Notes: generated by a model from the sequence alone, not told the origin. A stretch of DNA of 64,000 nt from Candidatus Doudnabacteria bacterium (GCA_028286905.1 JAQBQP010000002.1:453358-517357), one strand, 5' to 3'; shown: positions 18,752 through 29,573, counted from the first letter of the stretch. Program-made: numbers and translations.

Positions 18752-19273
18752 TTATGCTTTAGATTCTTTAATTGCATTCAATACATTAACGATGCTGCGA
18801 ACATTGCCTGCAAGGACGTTAACAAAACTGGAGATCGGCGCGTTGATTGTACCAACCAATTTGCCAAGCATTTCTTGCTTGCTTGGAAGCGCTGCCAAAG
18901 CACCGACTTCTTCTGCACTCAAGAATTTATTATCCATAACACCAGCCAAAATCTTAACATTCTTGTTTTCTTTTACGAAAGCCGCGAATATTCTTGCTGG
19001 AGCTACTTCATCCAATTTAGAAACACCTAGAACTACAGGAGCCTTAAAATCCATGCCGCTGATATCAACACCATGTTTTTTTAGAGCTCTTCTGATCAAA
19101 GTAATTTTAGCTACTTTGGTGACAATGCCTTCTTTACGAAGATTGCTTCTCAGTTCGTCAATTTTCTTTACAGTTGTGCCGCGGTAATCCGCGAAAACAA
19201 TTGATTTAGCATTTTCTAACTGCGCTTCTAGCTCAGCTAAGATTTGCTCTTTTGCACTTCTTTTAACAGCCAT
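18752..19273 (-). CDS. rplJ: 50S ribosomal protein L10
   Basis: L10 fold. It lies immediately upstream of rplL with a 20-nt spacer. Confidence 0.9.
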   Translation of the reverse strand: MAVKRSAKEQILAELEAQLENAKSIVFADYRGTTVKKIDELRSNLRKEGIVTKVAKITLIRRALKKHGVDISGMDFKAPVVLGVSKLDEVAPARIFAAFVKENKNVKILAGVMDNKFLSAEEVGALAALPSKQEMLGKLVGTINAPISSFVNVLAGNVRSIVNVLNAIKESKA

Positions 19274-19480
19274 TTAGGTTTATCCTTCTGACCTTATTTG
19301 GAATAGAGCCGACCGTATCCCTGTTAAAAATAAATCTCGGTTCTCACCGAGTTTGAACTAGCAATTTAGCGCTTAACGCCAGTATCGCATAGATCCTCGG
19401 TAGGCTTGCCGCTGAGCGGATTATGTCTTTATCAGACGCCGACTTTCTTAGGAATATTCTATTCTGCTGAAACTATAACA
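19274..19480 (-). promoter_or_regulatory. rplJ 5' leader (probable L10(L12)4 autoregulatory leader)
   Basis: A roughly 200-nt untranslated, GC-enriched, hairpin-rich region between rplJ and mltG, in the position of the known L10 leader. Confidence 0.35.
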
Positions 19481-19508
19481 AAAACAACACCATAAGTCAA
19501 TAATACGG

Positions 19509-20345
19509 CTATTTTAAGTACTTGGCCTTGTTTGCGTTCTGCTCATCCAAGGTCTTAGCATAAACGGCAGTGCCATCGGGCTTGCTTAAGAAATAAATAT
19601 AGTTTGATGGTAGGTAATGAACTACTGCCAAAATAGATGACAAGGAAGGGTTTCCAATCGGTCCAGGAGGCAGTCCTTTGTATTTATAAGTGTTATAAGG
19701 AGAATCAATTTGCAGCTGAGCCAAAGTGGCAGAGGGGCTCTTACTTTTAGTTATATAGCCGATCGTGGCATCGCTTTGAAGCGGCATGCCTCCTTTTAAG
19801 CGATTGATGAAAATACCGGCGACAGTTTCCCTTTCTGTTTGCAAAGTAGCTAAATCAGATGCCGAAACGGTGCTGGTATTACGGCCCACTTCCCTTTCAA
19901 CAATTGAAGCTAAAGTCAGTACCTCATAAACCGTTTTCTTTTGAGCATGAATATCTGAAACGATTTCAGGAGTTATTTTTGTAGAAGTATTAGCCAAAAT
20001 CTTATTAATTACATCCGCTGCGGTAGCGTCTTTTGCAAAAAAATAAGTGTCTGGAAATAAATAGCCTTCAAGGTTTTTTATTGGCACTTTTTCACCAAAA
20101 TAATCAAACGTTAAAGCTGATTGTGCTAATTGCTTATCAAAAGCATTTTTTGAAACAATGCCTTTTTGCGCTAAATCATCTGAAATGTTTTGATTAGTCC
20201 AACCTTCCACTGCCCGCCATTTAATTTGCACCGGCGCGGCCACAGGCGGCTTGCTGACTCGGGTAAAATGGTTATATACGCGCGGGCCTAAGCTAATAAC
20301 TCCAGCTAGAATTAGAATAAAAACCAAGAACTTAAATATCTTCAT
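19509..20345 (-). CDS. mltG: endolytic murein transglycosylase MltG (YceG family)
   Basis: N-terminal TM anchor followed by a YceG-like domain. Confidence 0.7.
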   Translation of the reverse strand: MKIFKFLVFILILAGVISLGPRVYNHFTRVSKPPVAAPVQIKWRAVEGWTNQNISDDLAQKGIVSKNAFDKQLAQSALTFDYFGEKVPIKNLEGYLFPDTYFFAKDATAADVINKILANTSTKITPEIVSDIHAQKKTVYEVLTLASIVEREVGRNTSTVSASDLATLQTERETVAGIFINRLKGGMPLQSDATIGYITKSKSPSATLAQLQIDSPYNTYKYKGLPPGPIGNPSLSSILAVVHYLPSNYIYFLSKPDGTAVYAKTLDEQNANKAKYLK

Positions 20346-20410
20346 AAATTAACTTTAGCACAAACAAAAAAATCCCGCCTGGCTCAAAAAGCCGGCGGGA
20401 TTTTTAAAAA

Positions 20411-21100
20411 CTATCTAGTAATATCTTTTTCGATCGCATCCAAGACCTTTTTAGCATGGTCTCTTCCACCTAAACCAAAAGCTAAACCACCAGCAATTGA
20501 TAGCATTGCTACAATTCCGATAAATAAGCTCTTGATAAATTCAGTGTCAATGCTCAACTGACCCATTGCAGTAAGAACTGCCATGATGATTATTGACCAA
20601 CGAGTAACAGCTGCTAGAGCGTTAGCGCTGCGCATCTGTCCTGCTTGCAAAGCTCCTTTAACCAAATCGGCTAAGAAGTTTGCAGCAATAATACCAATCA
20701 TTAACATTGCTACTGCTACGATAACGTTGCCAAAATATGGGAATATTCTGCCATACAAGAAAGCACTTACTTGGGTTAAGCCAAGAATTTCAGCGGCAGC
20801 AATAAAGACTCCAATCAAAACAAACCATTTAATCAGCCATTCGCCCAAACCAGAAATTGTTAATTTTCGGCCGGTACGTTGAGATAAAGTGTCCAAACCT
20901 AAACGATCTGCAAATTTATCAACCTTAAGAGATACTAAAATCTTCTTAACTAATTGACCCAAAAAGATCGCGATCAACCAACCTAATATCAAAAATATGA
21001 TTGCTGCGATAATGTTTGGTAGAAAACTTAAAACTTTAAACCATAGCGCTTGCAGTGAATCCACTACGCTGCTTTGGTAAGTTCCATTGTAATAATTCAT
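20411..21100 (-). CDS. polytopic membrane protein (229 aa), possibly mechanosensitive-channel-like
   Basis: Five or six TM helices. No diagnostic motif. Confidence 0.35.
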   Translation of the reverse strand: MNYYNGTYQSSVVDSLQALWFKVLSFLPNIIAAIIFLILGWLIAIFLGQLVKKILVSLKVDKFADRLGLDTLSQRTGRKLTISGLGEWLIKWFVLIGVFIAAAEILGLTQVSAFLYGRIFPYFGNVIVAVAMLMIGIIAANFLADLVKGALQAGQMRSANALAAVTRWSIIIMAVLTAMGQLSIDTEFIKSLFIGIVAMLSIAGGLAFGLGGRDHAKKVLDAIEKDITR

Positions 21101-21157
21101 TATATTTATATTTCTTAATTAATTTATTTTTTAATCCAAAACCGACCATTCGGATTG

Positions 21158-21598
21158 TTAATCACCCATTATTTGAATGATGTAATCGCGTTTGCGCGAT
21201 CCATCCATTTCAACAAAGAAAATACTCTGCTTTTCCCCAAGCATCAATTTTCCAGCATGTACGGGGATCGTTTCTGAAGAACCTAGCAAAAAGGCTTTAA
21301 TATGAGCGTGTCCGTTGCTTCGTTCGTTTACGGAAACATTCTCCCTAATCTCAAAAACATCATGGGCATACCCCACATTAACCGGAACCAGCCGATGTAA
21401 CATCTTCATAAAATCCTGAAGCAACAATGGTTCGTTATGATTTATTCGGATTGCTGCAGTGGTATGATTAGAAAAAATCAGCGCCATTCCGTTCTTTACT
21501 CCAGATTCTGCTAGCGTTTCTTTGACTGTATCTGAAATGTCAATCGGTTCAAATTGTTTATTGGTCTGAAGCTCTGCTTTTTTGGTATGTACTTTCAC
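21158..21598 (-). CDS. YjbQ/UPF0047-like protein
   Basis: About 146 aa with a YjbQ-like pattern. Weak call. Confidence 0.35.
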   Translation of the reverse strand: MKVHTKKAELQTNKQFEPIDISDTVKETLAESGVKNGMALIFSNHTTAAIRINHNEPLLLQDFMKMLHRLVPVNVGYAHDVFEIRENVSVNERSNGHAHIKAFLLGSSETIPVHAGKLMLGEKQSIFFVEMDGSRKRDYIIQIMGD

Positions 21599-21834
21599 TT
21601 TTTTGTTTCGAGATTTTAGTGCTTTTAACTAGTCTAATTATACCACAACAAGGTCAGTCCTTCCACCCACACCTCCTATCGGGAGGAACGGGTGCGAGGG
21701 CAAACCTTTTTTGCTAAAACGTTTTGCCAAAAATAAAACCACCGGGCATATGAACCGGTGGCTTATTTTGTTTCTACTTATTGCTACTAAGCATTTTACT
21801 GCTTTTAGGCAATCGCTTACGCTAGAGCTATCAA

Positions 21835-22119
21835 TTAAAGGATAGCGTCTTTTGCAGCCTTTGAGACCCTGAACTTTACGACAGTCTTGGCAGGAATGCT
21901 GATAGATTCGCCAGTAGCAGGATTGCGACCCATGCGAGCTGCACGAGCTTTCTTTTGCAATTTGCCTAGACCAGGAACAGTGAACTCACCATTCTTTTTA
22001 GCTTCGCTATAAGCTAGGTCGACGATCATCTCAAGCATTTCAGACACTTCCTTACGGGTTTTGCCGGACTTTTCTGCCAACGTCTGCAACAGTTGGGATT
22101 TATTCATTGGTTTTGCCAT
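21835..22119 (-). CDS. hup: DNA-binding protein HU
   Basis: The 94-aa ORF has the HU arm motif RMGRNPATGESISIPAKTVVKFR. Confidence 0.85.
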   Translation of the reverse strand: MAKPMNKSQLLQTLAEKSGKTRKEVSEMLEMIVDLAYSEAKKNGEFTVPGLGKLQKKARAARMGRNPATGESISIPAKTVVKFRVSKAAKDAIL

Positions 22120-22217
22120 ATTTAGATTTTTAATTATCTCCTAAGAAGTATAGCATAGATGTCAAAATATGCTAATAAAACCGAGTGTTTCTGAGAACCT
22201 GTCAACTCCTTAGTGTA

Positions 22218-22673
22218 CTATTGAATACCGCCAGGGCTTAAAGTATGCAAGCCAGAGGCAAAGTTTTCAACGCTTTGACCAAGACAAAAAGTATAGGTAA
22301 ACGTTGGGAAAACATTAGTTGTATTATCTTTTGGACTTAGGAAACTGCTTCCACCATTGGCATATGTATAGGTATTTTGAGGATCGCTACAAGACCCGTC
22401 GGCAGGCATCGGAGCTGTAGGCAATGCACCAATATAACTAGGAGATAAATCGGTGTCGGCGTTAGGATATCCACCCCATTCATTATTATATTCTTCCATT
22501 GCAGTACTAATTTGGTGTACATCGGCCAAACGCTTAGCATCACGGGCTTTAACCCTAGCGATGTTAAGAGCTAGCAAAACCACACCAGCTAACAAACCAA
22601 TAATTGCGATTACAACTAACAATTCAATCAAAGTAAAACCTTGGTTGCTATGTTTTTTTTGCACTTTTTGCAT
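22218..22673 (-). CDS. type IV pilin / pseudopilin (prepilin N-terminal methylation domain)
   Basis: [18 protein letters not shown] class-III signal peptide with the conserved Glu5. Confidence 0.7.
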   Translation of the reverse strand: MQKVQKKHSNQGFTLIELLVVIAIIGLLAGVVLLALNIARVKARDAKRLADVHQISTAMEEYNNEWGGYPNADTDLSPSYIGALPTAPMPADGSCSDPQNTYTYANGGSSFLSPKDNTTNVFPTFTYTFCLGQSVENFASGLHTLSPGGIQ

Positions 22674-22790
22674 TTTGTTTCAAAATTTATGAATATTTTT
22701 AGATGAAACCACTAGACCTTATAATTTTATAACGAAATTGCAGTTATAACAAGGAGCAATAAAACCACCTCATAATTGAAGTGGTTTTAT

Positions 22791-22973
22791 TTATCTCTTT
22801 TTCTTTGGCACCTTCGCACCTGCCTGGCGTGCTTCAGACAAGCCAATTGCGATTGCCTGTTTGCGGCTCTTCACTTTTTTATTACTTTTACCGCTTTTTA
22901 AATCCCCAGCTTTATACTCTTCCATAACCTTTTTTACTTTGGTTTGAGCTTTTTTTGAATACTTTCTAGGCAT
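22791..22973 (-). CDS. small basic protein (60 aa)
   Basis: ORF track. Lys-rich. Confidence 0.3.
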   Translation of the reverse strand: MPRKYSKKAQTKVKKVMEEYKAGDLKSGKSNKKVKSRKQAIAIGLSEARQAGAKVPKKKR

Positions 22974-23006
22974 ATAGTTCCCTTTCTATACCCGCTGCTA
23001 AAATTA

Positions 23007-23684
23007 TTAGTTTATAAACTTAAAATAATTTGTATAAGGTCTTAAAGCGTTGCTGCCGCGCAAGTAATAAACATTGTTTCCGTATGCTAAAGCAATTACC
23101 TTAGAACCGCCGAACCTTTGATCGTTAAATATTAGTGCTGGCTGACCATTAATAGTAATTTGCTGAATGTTCGAAACATTTTTGTTCGCAGAAATTTCAT
23201 TACTCAAAGATTCAAAAGACTGTTCTGCATCGGAAATAACTTCAATCTGCCCAAATTCGGTTCCGCCTGGATTATAAAAGGCTAAAACGTTCCCAGCTGC
23301 GGTTTCTAAGCGAGGCTGTAAATTACTTGGCACGCTGATAGAAAAATTAAGCTCAGCAATTTGATAGTTACTAAGTCCTGTAGGAGCTGAAGTTACTGGC
23401 TTTGGGACAGGGGCTGACACTGGAGTTTTCACGACCGGCTTTTCAGTTGCACCAAGCACCGCACCGCTTGAAGGCTGAGTATTAGTAGGCGCCGGAGTAG
23501 ATACTACCGGACTTTGAACTGGAGCAGTGGAAACATTGGTATTGTTGGAATTATCTGCAGGATTTGGATTTAAAATACCGTACTGTTGAATCGGAGTGGT
23601 TCCAGATTTATGCGCGCTATAAATAAAAAAGATGCCTCCTCCTAAAACCAAAAGCAGTAGTACTACATATACAATTTTTTTCAT
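23007..23684 (-). CDS. secreted Pro/Thr-rich hypothetical protein
   Basis: N-terminal signal/TM helix followed by a low-complexity PT-rich linker. Confidence 0.4.
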   Translation of the reverse strand: MKKIVYVVLLLLVLGGGIFFIYSAHKSGTTPIQQYGILNPNPADNSNNTNVSTAPVQSPVVSTPAPTNTQPSSGAVLGATEKPVVKTPVSAPVPKPVTSAPTGLSNYQIAELNFSISVPSNLQPRLETAAGNVLAFYNPGGTEFGQIEVISDAEQSFESLSNEISANKNVSNIQQITINGQPALIFNDQRFGGSKVIALAYGNNVYYLRGSNALRPYTNYFKFIN

Positions 23685-23757
23685 ACGGATCTAATAGATT
23701 ATTCCTAAATTATAATGGTTCTGTATCGATTGAAAATTATAGCATTTAACCAATAAA

Positions 23758-24117
23758 TTAGCTAATAACATTAGCTTTTTTGAACCTAACGGAGAATAAT
23801 GGCTCATATTCGTTATTATCTTGGTCGACTACTTTGACGGTTTCGCCTTTCATTAGAGTAGAAAGGGCTAGGTCGCTAAGCATCTCACGATCTTGTTTTA
23901 GATCTAATTTTGTAGTTTCAAATTTATCTCTGCTACCCGCTTCTTCCCAAGCGATACCTTCTAACTGTTTTTTACGAGCACGAAGCTGCTCTAATTTTTC
24001 GGCAATTTCACGATACTCCCCGGAAGATTCTAGAGCATCTTTATATAATAACTTAATACTTCGGGTTTCTTTTTTGCTTTCCTGAATTCTATTAAATACG
24101 TCCTGAATATTTTGCAT
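23758..24117 (-). CDS. hypothetical protein (119 aa)
   Basis: ORF track. Coiled-coil-like. Confidence 0.35.
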   Translation of the reverse strand: MQNIQDVFNRIQESKKETRSIKLLYKDALESSGEYREIAEKLEQLRARKKQLEGIAWEEAGSRDKFETTKLDLKQDREMLSDLALSTLMKGETVKVVDQDNNEYEPLFSVRFKKANVIS

Positions 24118-24139
24118 TACAAGTTTTATTTTTAATTAT

Positions 24140-24676
24140 TTAGTTATTAACCTTTGTATTATCTCCAATTGGATCACTTAACGCAAATTTCATAGCGGCA
24201 ATACCGCCCGCAACAATTAGAATTAAACCAATCCAAAATAAAAAGGCTGCGATTTGATCAGTATATTTCAAGGCATTCAAATCACTCAAAATCCAATGCC
24301 AATCATGAATTGAGGTTTCCCCTCCTAACAATGGCAGTTCCATTCTTACCGAGTCCCCGGCGTAGACTGAAACATTTATAAAATTCTGACCGACCCATAA
24401 TAACAATAAAGCCGCAGAGTAAAATTCTTTGCGGATCCAAAAATAAAAAACAAAAATCGTTGGCAGCAAACACTGCATCAAACTACCGCCTAAAACATAA
24501 ATAAACATTCCGAACGGCATAAACACAATATGGCCGCCTTCATGAATTAATAAGTTTACGTTATCGATAAAATGCCAGTTATCGCCGGAAGCATTATTAA
24601 ATGCGCTGGAAGCGTAATAAAGAAAATAACTCAGTGCTAAGGCCGCGAAAATCGCTTTGTAATATTGTTTATTCAT
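24140..24676 (-). CDS. membrane protein (178 aa)
   Basis: ORF track. Four TM helices. Confidence 0.4.
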   Translation of the reverse strand: MNKQYYKAIFAALALSYFLYYASSAFNNASGDNWHFIDNVNLLIHEGGHIVFMPFGMFIYVLGGSLMQCLLPTIFVFYFWIRKEFYSAALLLLWVGQNFINVSVYAGDSVRMELPLLGGETSIHDWHWILSDLNALKYTDQIAAFLFWIGLILIVAGGIAAMKFALSDPIGDNTKVNN

Positions 24677-24693
24677 CTTAGAATTTGAAGCTT

Positions 24694-25935
24694 TTAATCG
24701 GTATAAATTTTTATTTTGCCTTTTTGAATAATACTACTAACTACCAGAAAGCTTAAGCCGCTTAAAAACACTAAGCCGGTTACCAGCTCTAAACCAAATC
24801 GCAAGCCAGCATGCGAACCAAATAGCGGTGAATTGGTTAGGTCGGAGATTTTTCCCACTACTGCTGGAGCAGGAGTGTCCCCTAGTAGATGGATGATCAA
24901 AACATAAACAGCAAAAGCGCTAGCACGCATGTGTTTGGGCACAACGTCGTGAATTACCGCTGTAGCAGGACCATGATAAAAACTTAACAATACGGTGCCG
25001 CTAAAAAATAAGAACAGGAAAAGGAATTTCGAATGATCGTCGTGTACTCCAAAATACATCAAGGGCGCTGCTAATATTAAAGAAAAAGCAATCGTTAAAC
25101 TGCGTCCCCAGGCGATGCTCCGTTGCAAATAATCTGCAATATAGCTGCCCAGAAAAACTCCTATGACTCCAGCGAGCATCATCGTTACACCCAGTATTAT
25201 ACTGGCTTGTTGCAAATTATAACCTTTATATCTTCGAACAAACTCGACGCCCCAGGAAACATAAGCACCTACCGCAAAGGTTACCAAAGTTCCGCTAATA
25301 ATGATCCAAACAAAAGCCGGATTTTTAAATAGCTGCCAGAGCGGAATAGTCTCTTCTTCGTGAACTACAATTTTTTCTTTAAGTTTCGTACTTAACCACG
25401 CCAAAAAGAATCCTGGAATCGAAACTAAGAAGAACGCATAGCGCCAGCTAAAATGATATGCGATAATTCCGCCAATCATCGCACCGAGCGTGCCACCCAC
25501 AAACATTCCAATATTAAAATAGCCTTGGGCTTCAGCTCGATTTTCAGACGGAAAATTATCTGAAATCATCGCAGTAGCTGCAGGTGCATAGCTAGCTTCA
25601 CCTATTCCAACCATTGAACGAATGCCAAGCAAAGCGCTAAAATTCGGAGCTAAACCAGAGAGAAAAGATGTAATGCTCCAAAATGTTACTCCGGATGCAA
25701 TCAGTTTTTTTCGAGAATACTTATCTGCTAGCAGTCCCAATGGCACGCTTGCCAAGGAGTGCACCAACATGAAAACAGTTCCCAATAAGCCCAGCTGGGT
25801 GTCAGTGACATGAAATTCATTTTGGATACTATGAAATAAAGGAAAAATGACCTGACGATCAATATAATTAAAAAAGTTTATAAAAGCTAAAACCCATAAT
25901 ATAAACTTCTGATCACGTGTGAGATTTTTTATCAT
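24694..25935 (-). CDS. MFS transporter
   Basis: Twelve TM helices. An MFS signature-like G-x-L-x-D-K/R loop (GLLADKYSRKK). Confidence 0.7.
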   Translation of the reverse strand: MIKNLTRDQKFILWVLAFINFFNYIDRQVIFPLFHSIQNEFHVTDTQLGLLGTVFMLVHSLASVPLGLLADKYSRKKLIASGVTFWSITSFLSGLAPNFSALLGIRSMVGIGEASYAPAATAMISDNFPSENRAEAQGYFNIGMFVGGTLGAMIGGIIAYHFSWRYAFFLVSIPGFFLAWLSTKLKEKIVVHEEETIPLWQLFKNPAFVWIIISGTLVTFAVGAYVSWGVEFVRRYKGYNLQQASIILGVTMMLAGVIGVFLGSYIADYLQRSIAWGRSLTIAFSLILAAPLMYFGVHDDHSKFLFLFLFFSGTVLLSFYHGPATAVIHDVVPKHMRASAFAVYVLIIHLLGDTPAPAVVGKISDLTNSPLFGSHAGLRFGLELVTGLVFLSGLSFLVVSSIIQKGKIKIYTD

Positions 25936-25960
25936 TACTTACAAAGTGTAGCAAATAAGC

Positions 25961-26446
25961 TTACTTTGTTGTAGTTGCGTAAATTAAATGGTTGGTTAAA
26001 TCTTGAGCATCTTTTTGGCTTAAGCCAAGCTGCTGCTTAATTTGATCTGCACTTACAGCTTTATGCAATATTCCTTTTAGGTTTATTTTTGCGCCAACTT
26101 TTGGACTTAACTTAATATCTGGAGAAAAAACATAGAGCATCAAAACATTTTTAGAATCTGTGCTAACAATAAAAACTTTATCCGATATCACTTTAGTGAT
26201 TACCAATCCGTTAATCTCAAATGGACGGTCCTGAAGATTATCAATATTTGCAGTATGGTAAATGCCGTCAAAAGTTGTCAGCACTGAAGTTTCTTTAACA
26301 AAAACAGGTTCGGTGCTTGGTTTAATAACATTCGTACTACTATCTTTACCATGTTTGGTAACGACGATTCCCGTGACAATTACAATAATTACAATCACAG
26401 CTATGATTATTATTTTATTTCTAGTCATTTCTGAAGGCTTATTCAT
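25961..26446 (-). CDS. hypothetical N-anchored protein
   Basis: ORF track. One N-terminal TM helix. Confidence 0.35.
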   Translation of the reverse strand: MNKPSEMTRNKIIIIAVIVIIVIVTGIVVTKHGKDSSTNVIKPSTEPVFVKETSVLTTFDGIYHTANIDNLQDRPFEINGLVITKVISDKVFIVSTDSKNVLMLYVFSPDIKLSPKVGAKINLKGILHKAVSADQIKQQLGLSQKDAQDLTNHLIYATTTK

Positions 26447-26452
26447 AATGTT

Positions 26453-27103
26453 TTATTTAATTAATTCTTGATAATCTAACCAGCTTGCAAGCTCATTTTT
26501 ATTTTGGACATAACCGCGATATTCAATCGCAGTGCCCTTATGGATACTAAGGTGCAAATGTTTTCTTTCACCATCGGTATCGTGGCTTTGCGCTGCCCCA
26601 AGAATTGCTATTTTATCACCTTTCTTTTCTATAGTGCCAATTTTTGGCAGCGAACCTAGGTTTAAGTGGCCATAAAGCACGGTTACATCCGCGCCTGAAA
26701 TAACACACTTTTGGATGATAACTCCGCCGTAGCCATTTACAAAACCCGATACCACTATTTTACCATCACAAATTGCTGAAATTGGAACAGCTAAATCCTT
26801 TTCGGCAGCTGTTGTTTCAAAATCCACACCGGTGTGATAACCGGTGAATTTTTCCGGCTGGACCGGTGAATTTTTCGGTGTAACATAGGTTCCAAAAAAT
26901 TTCTTTGTAATCCTGGTGTTGGCATTAGATATCGGCTCCGCTAATACAGTTATAGCAGTTGGAATGACTGGAGTAGTTGTTGGTGGAGTGCTAAGGGTCG
27001 GCTTGGCAGGGTTGGTTGGAACAGAAGTATTTACTGAGATAGCCTTAGTTGAACCGCAGCCGACAGCCAAAAATAAGCATCCACAAATTAAATATTTCTT
27101 CAT
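26453..27103 (-). CDS. M23-family metallopeptidase (lipoprotein)
   Basis: HxxxD (GYHTGVDF) and HxH (HLHLS) zinc-binding motifs. Lipobox-like start MKKYLICGCLFLAVGCGS, which is why the start was moved to the internal ATG. Confidence 0.7.
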   Translation of the reverse strand: MKKYLICGCLFLAVGCGSTKAISVNTSVPTNPAKPTLSTPPTTTPVIPTAITVLAEPISNANTRITKKFFGTYVTPKNSPVQPEKFTGYHTGVDFETTAAEKDLAVPISAICDGKIVVSGFVNGYGGVIIQKCVISGADVTVLYGHLNLGSLPKIGTIEKKGDKIAILGAAQSHDTDGERKHLHLSIHKGTAIEYRGYVQNKNELASWLDYQELIK

Positions 27104-27122
27104 ATTGGAAGTATATAGGTTT

Positions 27123-27791
27123 TTAACCAAAAAGGTTAGCAATTTCTTGCGCACTTTTATTAAAGTTTCCCAGATTCTTATTGTAGCTTTCAATAAAAGT
27201 TAAAAGGTCTCTTTTCTCGGTGATAAAAATGCTTTCCGATTCACGAGGACCATTTAACAGTTTTCCACGGGATAAGGCCAAAATTCCAAACACCCAAATG
27301 TTTAGACCAAGGCGCTTTTGGATGTACCGGCGTAATTGCTGTGCTTCATAATTTGTCTGACGAACAAATCGATTTATTCTTGGGTCTTTGTAGCTAAACC
27401 GTCCGCGATGGCTTTTAACTTCAACTGCAAAGACTCCGTTCGGGCCGATTACAACATAATCAATATCTCCAACCCCTTCGATTTTTAAATTGTGCAAAAC
27501 AATGTAGTCATCAGATAATTTTTTAAGTTCTCGTCCGATAGCTTGTTCTCCGACAATGCCGAAAGCATATAAATCTGATTTGATTAAAAATATTTTTGAT
27601 AGCTTATAAAAAATTACGATTAAAATAATCATCATTAAATATAAGAAATATAAAGAATCTGGAGTTCCAGAAAGGTAAATTGAAATCCATTTTATTCCGC
27701 CGATCACCGCCAACAGGCATAATAAAAACAAGGAAGTATATAACAATTCCTTGCCTCTTAGATAACTGCTTTTATTATAAAATTTTGCCAT
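27123..27791 (-). CDS. NERD-domain protein with N-terminal TM helices
   Basis: The nuclease-related-domain pattern around ...VVIGPNGVFAVEVKSH.... Two N-terminal TM helices. Confidence 0.55.
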   Translation of the reverse strand: MAKFYNKSSYLRGKELLYTSLFLLCLLAVIGGIKWISIYLSGTPDSLYFLYLMMIILIVIFYKLSKIFLIKSDLYAFGIVGEQAIGRELKKLSDDYIVLHNLKIEGVGDIDYVVIGPNGVFAVEVKSHRGRFSYKDPRINRFVRQTNYEAQQLRRYIQKRLGLNIWVFGILALSRGKLLNGPRESESIFITEKRDLLTFIESYNKNLGNFNKSAQEIANLFG

Positions 27792-27809
27792 CGATTATTT
27801 ACACTAAAA

Positions 27810-29111
27810 CTAAAGGAAGAACGAAGCAATTGCAGCAATACCTGAAACGGTCATTAACGCTACGGTTAGCCACCCAATCCAGCGGACAAACTTATGATTC
27901 TCATTACCTTGCATTATTTCTTTGCTACTGCTCATTTTCACGATCAAAACTAAAATTATTGGCGCAACAACGCCATTAGCCACTGCCGAATAAATTAAAG
28001 CCTTAATCGGATCTAATCCGATAAAATTCATTAGAATTCCAAATACCATCGACACCACAATTACTCCGTAAAAAGCATAGGCTTCTTTTAACTTTCGATA
28101 GAGGCCATGCTTCCATCCAAAACTTTCAGATAGAGCGTACGATGTTGAACCTGCTAAAACTGGAATTGCCAACATACCGGTGCCAATTATGCCGACTGCA
28201 AAAAGCCAAAAAGCCGCGTTGCCTCCAAATGGACGCAAAGCCATTGCAGCGTCCGACGCAGTAGCGATATTGGTTATGCCATGGGCGTACAACGTCCCAG
28301 CACAGGCCGCAATAATAAAAAACATTACAACATTTGAAAAAAACATTCCTGACCAAACATCAGCTTTTAGATCACTAAGCTGTGCAGATGAAACAGGTTG
28401 ATGCCAAGTATCCTCTTCTTTACCTTGTAGGTTTTGTTCTTCTACTTCCTGAGAAGTTTGCCAAAAAAATAAATAAGGCGAGATAGTAGTGCCTAAAATT
28501 CCGCAAATGATTAACAACTCATTCTTATTAAAGTGGATCGAAGGAATAACACTGTGAATAAAAACTTCCCTCCAATTCAAGCCGCTTAAAAGCGCGGAAA
28601 TAATATAAGCGAACAAAACCAAGGCCAAATATTTTAAATACCTTGCGTAAACAACGTATGATGTAAAAATTTGCAACAGCAAACTTAGAGCGGCAAAGAA
28701 TATTACTAAACCAGCAAAATTAATTTGCGGGTTTAAAAGTTGGGCGCCCTTGGCCATTGCCCCAAGGTCTGCGCCAATGTTAAAAGTATTAGCTGCAAAA
28801 AGTAGTGCAGTAGTTAGATACAAGACCGGTTTAGAATAGTTGTGCCTGATGTTCGCTGCCAATCCTCTGCCAGTAACAACTCCGATTCGGGCACACATTT
28901 CCTGAATAACACCCATTAAAGGAAGGGTGAACCATGCTAACCATAATAACCGATAGCCATAGCGGGCACCGGTTTGTGAATATGTTGCTATTCCAGAAGG
29001 GTCATCGTCTGAAGCGCCAGTTGTTAAGCCAGGGCCAAGCTTATGCCAGTATTGTTCCGCTCTTTTTAAAGGAACTTCGATTTCTGTTTCGAAGTTTTTT
29101 TTCTGTTGCAT
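27810..29111 (-). CDS. Nramp-family divalent metal transporter
   Basis: GPGLTTGASDDDPSGIATYSQTGA matches the Nramp TM1 DPGN-region pattern. Eleven or twelve TM helices. Confidence 0.7.
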   Translation of the reverse strand: MQQKKNFETEIEVPLKRAEQYWHKLGPGLTTGASDDDPSGIATYSQTGARYGYRLLWLAWFTLPLMGVIQEMCARIGVVTGRGLAANIRHNYSKPVLYLTTALLFAANTFNIGADLGAMAKGAQLLNPQINFAGLVIFFAALSLLLQIFTSYVVYARYLKYLALVLFAYIISALLSGLNWREVFIHSVIPSIHFNKNELLIICGILGTTISPYLFFWQTSQEVEEQNLQGKEEDTWHQPVSSAQLSDLKADVWSGMFFSNVVMFFIIAACAGTLYAHGITNIATASDAAMALRPFGGNAAFWLFAVGIIGTGMLAIPVLAGSTSYALSESFGWKHGLYRKLKEAYAFYGVIVVSMVFGILMNFIGLDPIKALIYSAVANGVVAPIILVLIVKMSSSKEIMQGNENHKFVRWIGWLTVALMTVSGIAAIASFFL

Positions 29112-29150
29112 AACTAAATTATAGCAATTAACGCTTGTAATTAAAATCTA

Positions 29151-29552
29151 TCAGGCTGTTTCCGAATGTTCTTTTTTCAAAAGCAAACAAGCAGAATTTA
29201 TACAAAAGCGCTTGCCAGTGCTTTCAGGACCATCATCAAAAACATGGCCTAAATGCGCGCCGCAACGTGAACACGTAACTTCGGTACGATTCATATCAAA
29301 TGCATGATCATGCTGCATTTTTACACTTCCAGGAATGGCTTGGTCAAAGCTTGGCCAGCCGGTACCAGATTCAAACTTAGCATCCGATTCAAAAAGTTGC
29401 TGACCACAAGCGGCACAACTATACATTCCTTTATCCTTAGTATGGACGTATTCTCCTGTAAAAGGTGCTTCGGTCCCTTTTTCTCTCATTATGTGATATT
29501 GTTCAGGAGTTAACTCTTTCTTCCAATCTTGATCAGTTTTTTGATTTTGCAT
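29151..29552 (-). CDS. msrB: peptide methionine sulfoxide reductase MsrB
   Basis: Two CxxC zinc pairs and the GTGWPSF ... [10 protein letters not shown] catalytic region. Confidence 0.85.
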   Translation of the reverse strand: MQNQKTDQDWKKELTPEQYHIMREKGTEAPFTGEYVHTKDKGMYSCAACGQQLFESDAKFESGTGWPSFDQAIPGSVKMQHDHAFDMNRTEVTCSRCGAHLGHVFDDGPESTGKRFCINSACLLLKKEHSETA

Positions 29553-29573
29553 TAGATCTCCTTAAAATTACTT

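Noticed and set aside
18039-19187. Plus-strand ORFs of 105-155 aa overlapping rplL and rplJ, and ORFs on both strands across 17937-18407
   Set aside because: They lie antisense to highly conserved ribosomal protein genes, or inside the GC-enriched non-coding unit. No translation signals are present. They are shadow ORFs.
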